A DNA stretch of 64,000 nucleotides from an uncultured Phycisphaerales bacterium. Its GTDB lineage: Bacteria; Planctomycetota; Phycisphaerae; Tepidisphaerales; Tepidisphaeraceae. Positions 44,642-55,280 of this stretch are shown piece after piece. The stretch is from the NCBI GenBank assembly GCA_963844715.1, contig CAWJPJ010000006.1:1152001-1216000 (forward strand), read 5' to 3'. The notes below the pieces were generated by a model that saw only the letters and a list, made by a program, of their open reading frames with translations, did no database searches and had not been told where the DNA came from. Position 1 is the stretch's first letter. Every line of letters starts with the position of its first letter. A program made the position numbers and the translations under genes.

Positions 44642-45749
44642 CCGCCATCCTTCCCCTTCGGATGCTCCACAGGATAAAACTCCCCCGTAAATTCCTTGTT
44701 CACCCTTTCCTCCTGCGTCGGCCCAGCCGCGGCTGTCTCCGCCGTCCCCGCCAATTTCTTGATGGGCGTCGGCCCCGCCGCCGGCCCCGTTGGCACAGCC
44801 GCCGCGTTCTGCCCACCCAGCGCCCCGAAGTGCGCAGAGACTCTTCCATATTCGTCGCCAGATCGTGTACTTGCTGAATACCCGCCGCCGTAATGCCCAC
44901 GGCCTCTTTCACTGGCTCCGATCCCGATCCGGACGTCGCCTTTGCCGGCTTAAACCGGCTCAAATCGTATGTCGCCGTATGCACCCGCCCAAGCCCGCCC
45001 TTCTTCATCGCCAGCAGCAGGCCCGGCCAGATAATTCCAATCACCAAAACCGATCCCCCGATCCAGGCCTCGTAAACATACTGCGGCGCTTCCCACCAAG
45101 CCGTGTGATAGGTGACCTGAATCCCCTCCTTGCTCGCATCGTTCAAGAAGTCGACGACGGTCCGGTTCAACGCCGGGTTGTAAGGAACGAAATACATGAA
45201 AAATGGGCGAAACCGGATCATCCCCCGGCTGGGCGCCGTCCGCAGCAGCTCATTGGCATTGATGATCGCATCCTCCCCCTCCGGCGTGTCCTTGCCGTAA
45301 TGGTCCTTCGTCACCGACGCCAGCGTATCCCCTCTTTTTGCGAGATAGATCATCGCCCCGGGATACGCCCGATCCCCGTACGCCCCCACCGCCCATCGCG
45401 GCGCGGCCTCGTAGGGAATCGGCGCGACCATCGTGAACGACTGAACCCCCGCGTCCTTCGGATGATCCTCCGGCACGACCAGGCAGTTGAATGTCACCAC
45501 CTGCTTCAATACCGTCCCATCCCCATACTGAAACGGCGCCGGCGGATAAATCATCACGTTGGTAATCCAAGGCTGACGATTCGGCCCCACCGGCGATTTA
45601 ATCAAATTCCTCTCAAAATCCGTCGTATCCATCGAAGCATACGTCGGGGGAAGATCCCGCATGTTCGCATTGATATACGCCAGCGCAGTCCCCACCACCA
45701 CGCTCACCACCACCCAATGCCACCACTTCATGTCCTCAACAAATCCCAT
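44629..45749 (-). CDS. Two-TM membrane protein with LysM-like domain (frameshift near 44810)
   Basis: YLAKRGDTLASVTKDHYG...IINAN; C-terminus read manually as ...KEFTGEFYPVEHPKGKDGGKSE*. Confidence 0.55.
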
Positions 45750-45923
45750 AACGTCCCCGGCTATCGCGCTATACCGCGCACAAACCGCTGAAGAACTTTC
45801 CCCTCTCCCCATGTAATCATGGGGAGAGGGAAAAAAAGCCACCGCAAAAAAAGTAATTGTTCCACCATATAAAACGACGCTCTCATCGCGCGGCGCTCGG
45901 TCCCACTCTCAACCGCGCGGCCG

Positions 45924-46916
45924 TCATTCTTTCTTCCGCGTCTCGTCATCCGAGGCCAGCTCCGCCACCTGCTGCTCCAGATGCCTGATCCGTTCCAGCA
46001 ACTCCGGCAATTGCATCGTCAGCGACAGAACCTTCCGCCCATGCGGCGCCTCCGTTGCCGGCGAACCCATCATCAGCGCCTGATCCGGCACATCTTCCAT
46101 TACCCCCGCCTGCGCCGCGATGATCACGCTGTCGCCGATATTCAAATGCCCGACGACTCCGGCCTGCCCGCCGATCGTCACGTGATGTCCGATCTTTGTG
46201 CTTCCGGCGATTCCAACCAGCGAAACCAAAAGCCCCGCCGGCCCGATCTTCGCCCCATGCCCGATGCTGATCAGGTCGCTCATCTTCGTCCCCTTACCGA
46301 TGACGGTGCTCCCCATCGTCGCCCGCTGGATGGCCACATTGGCCCCGATCTCGACATCGTCTTCCAATATGACGTTGCCGACGGTCGGAATTTTATAATG
46401 CACGCCCTTATGCGTTGAATATCCGAACCCGTCCTGCCCGATGACCGCCCCCGCATGCAGCGTGACCCGATCCCCCAGCACGCAATCGTCGTAAACCACC
46501 GCGTTAGGATACAAAATGCAATCCTTCCCCAGCACCGCCCGCGGCCCCACGTAAACGCCGGGATAAAGCACCGACCCCGCGCCGATCTTCGCAGTCGAAT
46601 CGATAGCTGCCGACGGATGAATCCCCCGATGCGGATGCTGCCGATGCCCATGCAGCAAAACCACGGCTTGCATAAACGCGTAATACGGGTCGGCCGTATG
46701 CAGAAGCGTCACGCGATCGCTTCGCGCAGCGCACGGCGCGATCACGGCCGACGCATTCGTCGTCGCCAAAAGCTTCGCGTATTTCGGATTGGACAGAAAG
46801 CTGACCTGCCCCGGCATGGCGTCCTCTAGCGTCTGCGCCGACGAAATCACCCCCGACCCGTCCCCGATCACCACCGCGCCGATCTTTTCCGCCAGTTCCG
46901 CGATCGTCACACTCAT
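45924..46916 (-). CDS. lpxD: UDP-3-O-acyl-glucosamine N-acyltransferase LpxD
   Basis: Start at MSVTIAELAEKIG; hexapeptide repeats, GQDGFGY, VEIGAN. Confidence 0.92.
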   Translation of the reverse strand: MSVTIAELAEKIGAVVIGDGSGVISSAQTLEDAMPGQVSFLSNPKYAKLLATTNASAVIAPCAARSDRVTLLHTADPYYAFMQAVVLLHGHRQHPHRGIHPSAAIDSTAKIGAGSVLYPGVYVGPRAVLGKDCILYPNAVVYDDCVLGDRVTLHAGAVIGQDGFGYSTHKGVHYKIPTVGNVILEDDVEIGANVAIQRATMGSTVIGKGTKMSDLISIGHGAKIGPAGLLVSLVGIAGSTKIGHHVTIGGQAGVVGHLNIGDSVIIAAQAGVMEDVPDQALMMGSPATEAPHGRKVLSLTMQLPELLERIRHLEQQVAELASDDETRKKE

Positions 46917-47006
46917 GCTGCCTCGCTTTGCATTCGCCGCCCCGTTTCGGTTCAATGACCGCGTGCGAGACAGCGCCTTCGTCCCTCGCCGGCGTCCCCC
47001 CGTTTT

Positions 47007-47045
47007 CCCCCTCTCCCGGTACTCCGGGGGAGGGCAAGGGAGGGG
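47007..47045. repeat. REP-like palindrome, CCCTCTCCC family
   Basis: ccctctcccggtactccgggggagggcaagggagggg; near-identical to the copy at 27191. Confidence 0.75.
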
Positions 47046-47126
47046 AGCGCGTTCCGTCATCGGGCGCGTTTCTCGCCCCAGGAGCGGCAGCACCATTAAC
47101 GCTCCAAACCCAAACGGAATCAACCC

Positions 47127-48662
47127 ATGAGCCATCTTCTCGGCATCGACGTCGGCACCAGCGGCACCAAAACCCTCATCGCCGCCCCCAGCGGCAAAGT
47201 TCTCGCCACCGCCATGGCCGAGCATCCCATCTCTTCCCCCAGGCCCGGCTGGTCCGAACAAAACCCGCGCGACTGGTGGAAAGCCGCGGTCATCGCCACC
47301 CACGCCGTCCTCAAAAAATCCAAAATCAAACCCACCGAAATCGCCGCCATCGGGCTCTCCGGGCAAATGCACGGCAGCGTCTTTCTCGCCGACGGACCCA
47401 AGCCGCTTCGGCCGGCCCTCCTCTGGAACGATCAGCGGACAACGGAGGAGTGCCGACAGATCGAATCCATCGCAGGCGGCCGAGCGGCTTTGGTGGACCT
47501 GGTCGCAAACCCCGCCTTGACGGGATTCACCGCGCCCAAAATCCTCTGGGTCCGCAAGCACGAGCCCAAGATTTACGAACGAACCAAACACATCCTTCTC
47601 CCAAAAGACTATTTGCGCTTCCTTCTCACCGGCGAGTACGCCACCGAAGTCAGCGACGCCAGCGGCACGCTCCTCCTCGACGTCGCCAATCGCCGCTGGT
47701 CCACTCGATTGCTCGATCTCCTGCAAATAGACGCCGCTCTCCTCCCGCGCGTGCACGAATCTCCGGAAATCACCGGCACGCTCACCAAATCCGCCGCCAG
47801 GGAACTCGGCCTCCCCCCGGGCATCCCCGTCGTGGGCGGCGCGGGCGACCAGGCGGCCGGCGCCGTCGGCAACGGCGTCGTCTCCCCGGGCGTCCTCAGC
47901 GCCGCGCTCGGGACCAGCGGCGTCATGTTCGCCCACAGCGAATCGCCTGTCCGCGATCCCCAGGGCCGCGTCCACACTATGTGCCACGCCGTCCCCGGGA
48001 AATGGTGCGTCTTCGGCTGCATGCTCTCCGCCGGGGGGTCCCTCCAATGGTTCCGCAACAATCTCGGCCAAGCGGAGGTCGCCGCCGCCAAGAAACGCCG
48101 CATCGACCCATACGAACTCATCACCGCCCAAGCAGAAATGTCCCCACCCGGCTCCGAGGGGACATTTTTTCTCCCTTATCTCACCGGCGAACGCTGCCCC
48201 TACCCCGACCCCCAGGCCCGAGGCGGCTGGATTGGCGTCACCTCCAGAACCACACGCCCCATGCTCATTCGCTCCCTATTGGAAGGGGTCACCTTCGGCA
48301 TGCGCGACGCGCTGGAAATCATGCAGGAAATGAACATCCCCATGACCCAAATCCGAGCCACCGGCGGCGGCGCCCGCAGCCGATTCTGGCGACAACTCCA
48401 GGCCGACATCTACCGCCAACCCATCATCTCGACGAATGCCGCCGAAGGCCCCGCCTACGGCGCAGCCATCCTCGCCGGCATCGGAGCAAGAGTCTGGAAT
48501 TCAGTTGAGGAAGCCTGCCAGTGCTCGATCAGGCAAATCAACCGATCGACCCCAAACAAAAAACTCGCGGATTTCTACGACCGCGCGTATGCGGTTTATC
48601 ACAAGCTTTATGGCGATTTGAAAAATCGATTCCCGGAAATGTCAACACTGACTGTCAATTGA
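47127..48662 (+). CDS. xylB: Xylulokinase
   Basis: [43 protein letters not shown]. Confidence 0.93.
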   Translation: MSHLLGIDVGTSGTKTLIAAPSGKVLATAMAEHPISSPRPGWSEQNPRDWWKAAVIATHAVLKKSKIKPTEIAAIGLSGQMHGSVFLADGPKPLRPALLWNDQRTTEECRQIESIAGGRAALVDLVANPALTGFTAPKILWVRKHEPKIYERTKHILLPKDYLRFLLTGEYATEVSDASGTLLLDVANRRWSTRLLDLLQIDAALLPRVHESPEITGTLTKSAARELGLPPGIPVVGGAGDQAAGAVGNGVVSPGVLSAALGTSGVMFAHSESPVRDPQGRVHTMCHAVPGKWCVFGCMLSAGGSLQWFRNNLGQAEVAAAKKRRIDPYELITAQAEMSPPGSEGTFFLPYLTGERCPYPDPQARGGWIGVTSRTTRPMLIRSLLEGVTFGMRDALEIMQEMNIPMTQIRATGGGARSRFWRQLQADIYRQPIISTNAAEGPAYGAAILAGIGARVWNSVEEACQCSIRQINRSTPNKKLADFYDRAYAVYHKLYGDLKNRFPEMSTLTVN

Positions 48663-48803
48663 AAATACACCTGTCAGTCACATCGCCTAATCATCGTTGG
48701 ACTGAAGCCCCCCCAAAATCCTTGCTCAGCGGTATCATGGCGGCTAGAAAAGCTTAAATGCAGATGACAGCGGGTTGCTCTTTATTCACAGTGGACGTTC
48801 CAA

Positions 48804-50613
48804 ATGCCTGACGTTGAACTAATTCAGCTTTTAAATCGACTTGAGAGCTCGGCCGAGCCGCTGGAAGAGTGGACGATCTATACAGAAATCTTGCGAATAC
48901 GGCCCGAAATCGCACACCATATTATCCACCCAGATTTCTTCGAGGCTAGTGCGGAAGCCCTAGCCTTCGCGATTTGCGAGCCGTTGGACGAATCTGACAG
49001 GGAAGGTTTATTTTTGAACTTTCGCGAAAACGGCGCATGGGCAGCGGTTGCGCAAGATCAGCAAAGAGTTTTGCAGTATTGGGCCGAGCGTGCCGGCGCG
49101 ACAGCCCACCCCGTACTACGCGCGAGGTACGCCGGTCTCGTATGGGAGCTTGAAAATCCACCGTCCGTCGAGATGGCGCGGGCGTACATCGATGCCGCGG
49201 TGGCGATGAGCCAGGCGAGTTGCCATAAGTATGAAGGCGACGTGATGTTCAGGCTGGAGTATGGACTCGGGCTCGCCATTCGGATCAACGACGGCGCGCG
49301 CATTGACGCCGTCCGTAACGCCATCATTGGATTTGAAAAGCAAATCGGCGATGACGGGGCGATCGGAACTTGGGGTCGCGCCTTTGACTTGCTCTGCGAG
49401 AACAAAAAAAGCCGAATCACGGACGAGCAACGGCGAAATCTAATCGTCGATCTCGAAGATCGCCTCGAGCCGCATTTCCAATCCCGCGGTCGAGGGAGGT
49501 GGGCTGGATCCCCATGGATCTGAAGCGGCTGCTCGCCGCCTGGCACGCTATTATCGCAAGGCCGAGCAATTGGGAGACGTTGAGCGCGTACTCATAAAGG
49601 TTGGCCGCGCTTTCGAGGCGTTTGCAGCTACCGCAGATCCCTTACTTGCGCAGGCGTGGTTTGCCGACGTCGAACGACTTTACCGCGAATTCGGCCTCAT
49701 AGAAAACGCTTCACGGCTGCGAACGAAAATCCGCGATCTGGGACCAAGCGCAGTTCGTCGGCTCGTTCCTTTTCGACAAGAGATCGAGATCAAGCAAGAG
49801 GACATCGATCGATACGTATCTAACATAGTTGAGGGCAACGATGACACCGTCGTCGCGCAGTTTATTATCTACCACATTCCCCGTCGTCGCAAGACAGAGA
49901 AGCGCCTGAAGAAAATCTCTTCCAAAACGCCGGAGATGTTAGTCGGTCATCAGACGATCGTTGATCCGGCAGGCAGGCCCGTCGTTTCGCTCGGGTCCCT
50001 CGAGAGCGACATCGACGGACACATAATGATCCACACGAAGCGCGAGATCGGATTTGTGTCGATTTATATGCGAGCCGTTATTGAGGCGATGATTTCACGC
50101 CGCATCATCGATACTGAAAAGGTGCTAGCGCGAGTGGACGGCTCGCCGCTTTTCGATAGCAGTAAGCGACCAATTATTGAGCAAGCTCTAAAATTCTATT
50201 TCGATAAAAAGCCCATGTTGTTTCTTCATTTGGCGATCCCACAAATTGAATCCGCGGTCCGCAAATTGGCGGAGTTGTTAGGGGTAGATACATACCGACC
50301 TAATCGCGTAGGTGGAATGGATCTGCGCAGCATGGACGATCTTTTACGCGAGCAAACAGTCGTAGAAACATTGAAAAGCGACGTCACAGATTATTTTCGC
50401 ATGCTTTACACAGACAAGCGGGGTATCAATTTGCACAACGATTTATGTCATGGGATGTTGCCGACGGAAACGTTTGGAATCGGCTTGGCCGACCGTGTTT
50501 TTCACACGCTCCTGCTCCTCACGCTAATTAAGGCCGCACCCAACGAGGGCTCCCATGCGGGCTCGGAGACGACGGACCGCAGCAGAATTGTGTCATCGGG
50601 AGAGCAAAAATGA
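48804..50613 (+). CDS. DUF4209 (HEPN-like) domain protein, about 600 aa, frameshift near 49470-49520
   Basis: HPVLRARYA..VW, HLAIPQIE..VR, TDKRGINLHNDLCHG; lower GC. Confidence 0.65.
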
Positions 50614-51002
50614 ACAAACGCCCTAATCGACGCAGGAAATCCAGCAGAAACGATACGAGGATCGTCGTCGGAAGCACCAACGTCTTCGCCGATTTGGGAA
50701 TCCCCGACGCCGACAAACGATTCGCTAAGGTCCAACTCGCCTACCGAATTCATTTGTTGATTGACAACCTAGGCCTGAGGCAAACCGCCGCCGCCAAGGT
50801 GCTGGGAACAGATCGCGCGAGTATCTCCAATCTCGAGCGCGGGCGACTCGCGGAATTTTCCATCGGCCGCCTGGGTCGGATGCTACGTCTTCTTGAAGAG
50901 ACCGTGGATGCGAAAGCGGCCCAATCAGCACTGGCCGAAATGCGGCGAAATAAGCAGAAGCCAATCCCGTGGGAACGGGTCAAAGCAAAGTTGGCCCTCT
51001 AG
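50610..51002 (+). CDS. XRE-family HTH protein (HigA-like) with antitoxin-like C-terminal tail
   Basis: GSTNVFADLG, QTAAAKVLG...SISNLERGRL..FSI; tail IPWERVKAKLAL; ATGA overlap with upstream gene. Confidence 0.8.
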   Translation: MNKRPNRRRKSSRNDTRIVVGSTNVFADLGIPDADKRFAKVQLAYRIHLLIDNLGLRQTAAAKVLGTDRASISNLERGRLAEFSIGRLGRMLRLLEETVDAKAAQSALAEMRRNKQKPIPWERVKAKLAL

Positions 51003-51004
51003 TC

Positions 51005-51943
51005 CTACCCCACCAGCGCCTTCCCGCAATGCGCCTCCAGCACCCTCAGCGGGCACCGCTCCGGCGTCACCATCGCCTCCAGCGGCACGATAAACGTCTG
51101 CTCCGTCATGAACTGCCCCGAAATCGCCGCATGCGGAACCTGGTCGGTATATACCATCCACGTCGCCCCCGGTGCGAACTCCAGGTGAATCCTCTCCCAC
51201 TTGTTCTGATATTCCTGGCTCTCCTTGAGGAAGTCGTGGAAATTCAGCATGAACTCGTCGTAAGCCGAGCGGTCCAGCCCCTTCACGCCGACCGACTTCA
51301 TCACCGGCGCAAACGTGTGGCGGAGCTTTTCGCCGACCGATCCTGATCTGGCCGCGAACTTCGGCAATCCCGCGTCGTCCGCGAAGGTCTTCACCAATTT
51401 GTCGAACTTATCCGTCGTCTCCCAAACTCGAGGCCGCGATGGATTGATATTCGTAAACACGCGCAAAATGCGGTCCCCGTGCGTCGGCCGGCTCGGGAAC
51501 GCGTCCACGTGCATCAAATCGTTCCGCTTGTGCACCGACAGATCCCGCCCCTTCTCCTCCAGCGGCCGGAAGCTGGCAAAATCCAGCTTCCGCAATCTTG
51601 AATACGGTTCAAAAAACGTGTCCACGAACTTGGTCACCTGTTGCGAATACCGCCGCATGATGTCGTGCAGCTTCTCATTGTCTTCCTGCGTCTCGCACGC
51701 GTCCCCGCGCAGCGTGTCCTCCTTCGGCCGATACGAAACATTCTTATGAACCTTCAATCCGCTTTGTTTTTGCGAGAGCAGAAATTCCCGATCCGCGGCC
51801 GGAAAATCGAAAGGCGGCGTATCGAACACCAAAATCTCGCCGTCCTCGAGCATCGAGCAAAAATGCCTCGACAGCTCGACCCCGCGTCCCGCTTCGCGCC
51901 AGCCGCCGGGAAACCCGAATTCAGTCACTTTCAGCATACCCAT
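51005..51943 (-). CDS. Kdo hydroxylase family protein (KdoO-like)
   Basis: KNVSY, SFRP, HVDAFPSRPTHGDRILRVFTNINP, YDEFMLNFHD..K, DQVPHAAISGQ. Confidence 0.85.
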   Translation of the reverse strand: MGMLKVTEFGFPGGWREAGRGVELSRHFCSMLEDGEILVFDTPPFDFPAADREFLLSQKQSGLKVHKNVSYRPKEDTLRGDACETQEDNEKLHDIMRRYSQQVTKFVDTFFEPYSRLRKLDFASFRPLEEKGRDLSVHKRNDLMHVDAFPSRPTHGDRILRVFTNINPSRPRVWETTDKFDKLVKTFADDAGLPKFAARSGSVGEKLRHTFAPVMKSVGVKGLDRSAYDEFMLNFHDFLKESQEYQNKWERIHLEFAPGATWMVYTDQVPHAAISGQFMTEQTFIVPLEAMVTPERCPLRVLEAHCGKALVG

Positions 51944-52027
51944 GACAAGCCTCCTGATCTCTGCAACAACCAAACCGGCCCGCCGCGTCCTTTGCGGCCG
52001 CCGCCCCAATCAATCTATATTATTTGC

Positions 52028-52489
52028 ATGCTTCGCTCAATCGCACCCCCGCTGGTCTGCCTCGCCTGGGCCCTTTGGCTCGGCGGCCTGGGCGCCACCT
52101 TCCTCTTCGTAACCCGCCTGTTCATCTATGACTACGCCTTGGGCGTCCAGGCGGTCCCCGTCCTGTTCCACGCCTTCGAGAAATATCAGCTTATCCTCGC
52201 CGCCCTGGCCCTGATTGCCGCCGCCCTGCTGCGCATCGCCCGCCGCTCCCGCTCGACAACCCTCCTCTTCTGGATGTTCGGCGTATCCGCCTTCCTCGCC
52301 GCCGCCCAACCCATCGCCCTCACTCCCCCAATGGAAGCCCTCCGCCACGCCGGCGAAACCCACACCCCCGCCTTCCAGCGCCTCCACACCGAAGCCTCCA
52401 CGCTCTATTTCACAGAAACCCTCATCCTTCTCGCGGCAGGATGCGTAATCCCCGCCGCGATTCGGCCGCCCTCAAAATTAAAAACTTAA
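52028..52489 (+). CDS. DUF4149-like membrane protein
   Basis: ALWLGG, F.RLH..S, four TM helices. Confidence 0.6.
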   Translation: MLRSIAPPLVCLAWALWLGGLGATFLFVTRLFIYDYALGVQAVPVLFHAFEKYQLILAALALIAAALLRIARRSRSTTLLFWMFGVSAFLAAAQPIALTPPMEALRHAGETHTPAFQRLHTEASTLYFTETLILLAAGCVIPAAIRPPSKLKT

Positions 52490-52493
52490 ATTG

Positions 52494-52581
52494 AACCGCA
52501 GAGACCGCAGAGATTAAGTTCAGAATTGATTTCGCAATTTTCTGCGCATTATCCGTGTTATCCGCGAAATCCGCGGTTAAA
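52494..52581. repeat. Empty AACCGC...GCGGTTAAA 9-mer element related to the GxxExxY cassette ends
   Basis: 52560-52581 is identical to 29136-29157 (22 nt); 52549-52578 matches 28660-28689 at 27/30. Confidence 0.8.
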
Positions 52582-52593
52582 TTTCTTTAAGGA

Positions 52594-54195
52594 TTAGGTC
52601 GAAAGCACTTCCGGATTTTCCCCAGCCAGCGCCGCCGCAGCCGCAGCCGCAGCAGCCTCCGCCGCCTCGGCCAATTCTCCCGCCTGGCGATGCATCTTCA
52701 GCAAAACGTGCATGCTGTTGAACCCCACATAGAAATACCCGCCCGCGAAGATGCACAAAAATGGCACGCTCGAAATGCAGAAACTGTAATACACGCTGAT
52801 AAAAATCCAGCACGACATGTAACACCCGAACGCCACTTCGATGATCGGCAGCGCCATCCGGCGCAGCGTCAGGAATCCCGCGCTCCGCCACATCTCGTTC
52901 ACGCGCCCCGCCGCGCCATACTTCGGCGTCCGCACAAACTCGCTCGGCTTGCGCCGGATCGCGCCCCAGACCGCTTCCAAAACCGCCTTGCAATTGTTCA
53001 GGCTCATCCCCACGCCCAGGGCCATCAGCATCGGCATGTATAAAATCGCCTTGACTACGCCCTCCGCGCCCAACAGCTCCCGCTGGCTGTACACGAAAAA
53101 CGTGCTCGCCGAGCAGGTCGCCAGCACAAACAGCGAAATCGCAAACAGCGACTGCGCCCAGTGAATATGTTCCTTCAGCGGGCTGTAAAAGCTCAAAAAC
53201 GCCGGATACATCAGCAGCGTCAGCGCCACCATCAGCACATAAACGATCGTGTTCGTGAGGTGGAAAAACGCCTCGGTCTTGATCCGCCCGGACAGATGTT
53301 TCGAGCGCAGCACCTTCGGCAGCAGCTTGATCGCCGTCTGGCACGACCCCTTTGTCCAACGATGCGCCTGCTGCTTGAACCCGATCATCTCCGGCGGCAA
53401 TTCAGCCGGGGCGCAAAACTGCGGCAAATAGACGAACTGCCATCCCCTCATCTGGGCCCGATAGCTCAAATCCAAATCTTCCGTCAGCGTGTCGTGTTCC
53501 CAACCCCCGGCGTCGTTGATCGTCTTCCTGCGCCAAACTCCGGCGGTCCCGTTGAAGTGCATGAACCGCCCGCTGCGGTTCCGCGCCGTGTGTTCGATCA
53601 CGAAGTGCCCGTCCAGAAAGATCGCCTGGCAATTCGTCAGCAGCGAAGCATCCCGGTTCAGGTGGTCCCAGCGAACCTGAACCATTCCGACCTTCTCGTC
53701 CGTGAAATAATCCAGCACGTTGTAAAGAATGTCCCGCGGCGGAACGAAATCCGCGTCGAAGATCGCGATGAATTCCCCCGTCGCCTGCGGGAGTCCGTCG
53801 GCCAGGGCGCCGGCCTTGTATCCCACTCGATTGGTGCGATGAACGTACTTGACGGGGAACCCCTTGGCCGCCCATTTCTCGCACGCGAGCCGCGCGATAT
53901 CCGCCGAGTGATCCGTACTGTCGTCCAGAACCTGGATCTCCAGCTTCTCCAGCGGATAGTCGATCCGGCAACTCGCCTCGATGATCCGCTCCGCGACAAC
54001 ATCTTCGTTGTACATCGGGAGCTGCACCGTCACCTTGGGAAGCTCGACAAATTGCCCCTTGGGCTTGTAACCCTTGTGCCGGTGTTTGACGTAGAGATAG
54101 AGCAGCACGTACCGGTGGAACCCGTACAGTGCCACCAGGGTAAGAACGCAGATATAAACGTAAACGGTAAGGTTATCGGATAACCGGTCCAGCAT
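52594..54195 (-). CDS. Glycosyltransferase family 2 (cellulose synthase-like)
   Basis: QLPMYNE, LDDSTD, KAG, FDADF, TEDLDL, QQAHRW. Confidence 0.9.
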   Translation of the reverse strand: MLDRLSDNLTVYVYICVLTLVALYGFHRYVLLYLYVKHRHKGYKPKGQFVELPKVTVQLPMYNEDVVAERIIEASCRIDYPLEKLEIQVLDDSTDHSADIARLACEKWAAKGFPVKYVHRTNRVGYKAGALADGLPQATGEFIAIFDADFVPPRDILYNVLDYFTDEKVGMVQVRWDHLNRDASLLTNCQAIFLDGHFVIEHTARNRSGRFMHFNGTAGVWRRKTINDAGGWEHDTLTEDLDLSYRAQMRGWQFVYLPQFCAPAELPPEMIGFKQQAHRWTKGSCQTAIKLLPKVLRSKHLSGRIKTEAFFHLTNTIVYVLMVALTLLMYPAFLSFYSPLKEHIHWAQSLFAISLFVLATCSASTFFVYSQRELLGAEGVVKAILYMPMLMALGVGMSLNNCKAVLEAVWGAIRRKPSEFVRTPKYGAAGRVNEMWRSAGFLTLRRMALPIIEVAFGCYMSCWIFISVYYSFCISSVPFLCIFAGGYFYVGFNSMHVLLKMHRQAGELAEAAEAAAAAAAAALAGENPEVLST

Positions 54196-54378
54196 GTTTT
54201 ACGCTCTTAACGCTGTGGCGACGGATTCCTTTCCGCCCGTGAAACTTTCGACCAACCCACAAATCTGATTTCGTCGCCGTTTCACTCTTCGATTCTAAAG
54301 CGAAAGAGTCGAAGTACGTTGCCCGGTTGATTCCCATCGACCCAACTCCCCCCTCTCGGGGATCAAAGGTCAATCGCG

Positions 54379-54408
54379 ATTCTAAGCCATTGCAACGAAA
54401 AGTGTCAA
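54379..54408 (-). promoter_or_regulatory. Sigma70-type promoter of the GT2 gene
   Basis: TTGACA-N18-TAGAAT on the minus strand. Confidence 0.6.
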
Positions 54409-54460
54409 CAACTGTCTGTCCGGCAAACAATTATGCCTCTAAAGCATCCTAAAACCCATA

Positions 54461-54495
54461 AAGAAAAAACCGCGCTGCTTCACAACGCGGTTTTC
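54461..54495 (-). terminator. Rho-independent terminator after rplQ
   Basis: aaaaccgcg...cgcggtttttt on the minus strand. Confidence 0.65.
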
Positions 54496-54586
54496 ATCTT
54501 CGATTCCCGTAAATTTCGTCGTCAATGTAATTTCGCTCACTCGAACGCCGCCGGCGCTGCCGTGCGGGCGTTCGCGCGTCGCAGAA

Positions 54587-55162
54587 TCAGCTCCCCGAAC
54601 CCTCCGTCGCCTTCTCCGAACTCTCCGCGCCTTCCTTCTTCGCCTCTCCCTCGACAGATTCCCCTTTCGCCTTCTTCAAAACCCGCGTCGCAAACTGATG
54701 CTTTCGTTCGTTGCGCTTGCGGCGCAATCCCGCGCTGCGGCGGATCGTCCCTCGCGGCGCCGCCTTTTCCGTCAGAAGCTGCAGAAGCACGAGGCTCCCG
54801 CCGTCTCCGATCCGGAAATCGCTCAGCTTGATGATTCGCGTGTAGCCCCCCTGCCGATCGGCGAACTGCGGCGCGATATCCGCGAAGAGTTTCTGCACGA
54901 CTGTCTGCCCGGTGAATTCCTGGTCTTCATCCGTCAGGCGCCGGTCGCGTAAAATCGCCGTCGCGCGCCGCCGCGCGTTGACGTTGTTCTGCCGGGCCAG
55001 GGTGATGAGCTTTTCCGCCATCGCCTTGACTTCCAGCGCCTTCGGCCGGGTCGTGCGAACCTGCCCATGCTCGAACAAACTCTGCACCAGATTGCGCCGC
55101 ATCGCCAGCCGATGCTCGCTATCCCGGCTCAACTGCCTGCCAAATATCCGATGACTACTCAT
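54587..55162 (-). CDS. rplQ: 50S ribosomal protein L17 with C-terminal extension
   Basis: GRQLSR...HR.AM.RNL, EKLIT, DRQGGYTRIIK. Confidence 0.95.
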   Translation of the reverse strand: MSSHRIFGRQLSRDSEHRLAMRRNLVQSLFEHGQVRTTRPKALEVKAMAEKLITLARQNNVNARRRATAILRDRRLTDEDQEFTGQTVVQKLFADIAPQFADRQGGYTRIIKLSDFRIGDGGSLVLLQLLTEKAAPRGTIRRSAGLRRKRNERKHQFATRVLKKAKGESVEGEAKKEGAESSEKATEGSGS

Positions 55163-55219
55163 GACTCATCTCCATCCCACAAACGCCGAAGCGCCTCCCG
55201 CCGCCAAAGCCGACGGATC

Positions 55220-55244
55220 GCTTGCCCTGAGCTTGTTGAAGGGC
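55220..55244. repeat. Half-copy of a GCCCTGAGCTTGTYGAAGGG REP-like element
   Basis: gcttgccctgagcttgttgaagggc between rpoA and rplQ; family recognised from memory only. Confidence 0.4.
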
Positions 55245-55280
55245 CATCCGTCGGGCCCCAACCAAGAGCGGAAGGACCCA

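Noticed and set aside
45924..48131. 735-aa ORF suggesting an LpxD fusion
   Set aside because: The N-terminal 400 aa are the antisense shadow of xylB plus intergenic repeats; LpxD starts at 46916.
54587..54780. C-terminal extensions on L17 and RpoA
   Set aside because: Low-complexity tails on these proteins are common in several phyla.
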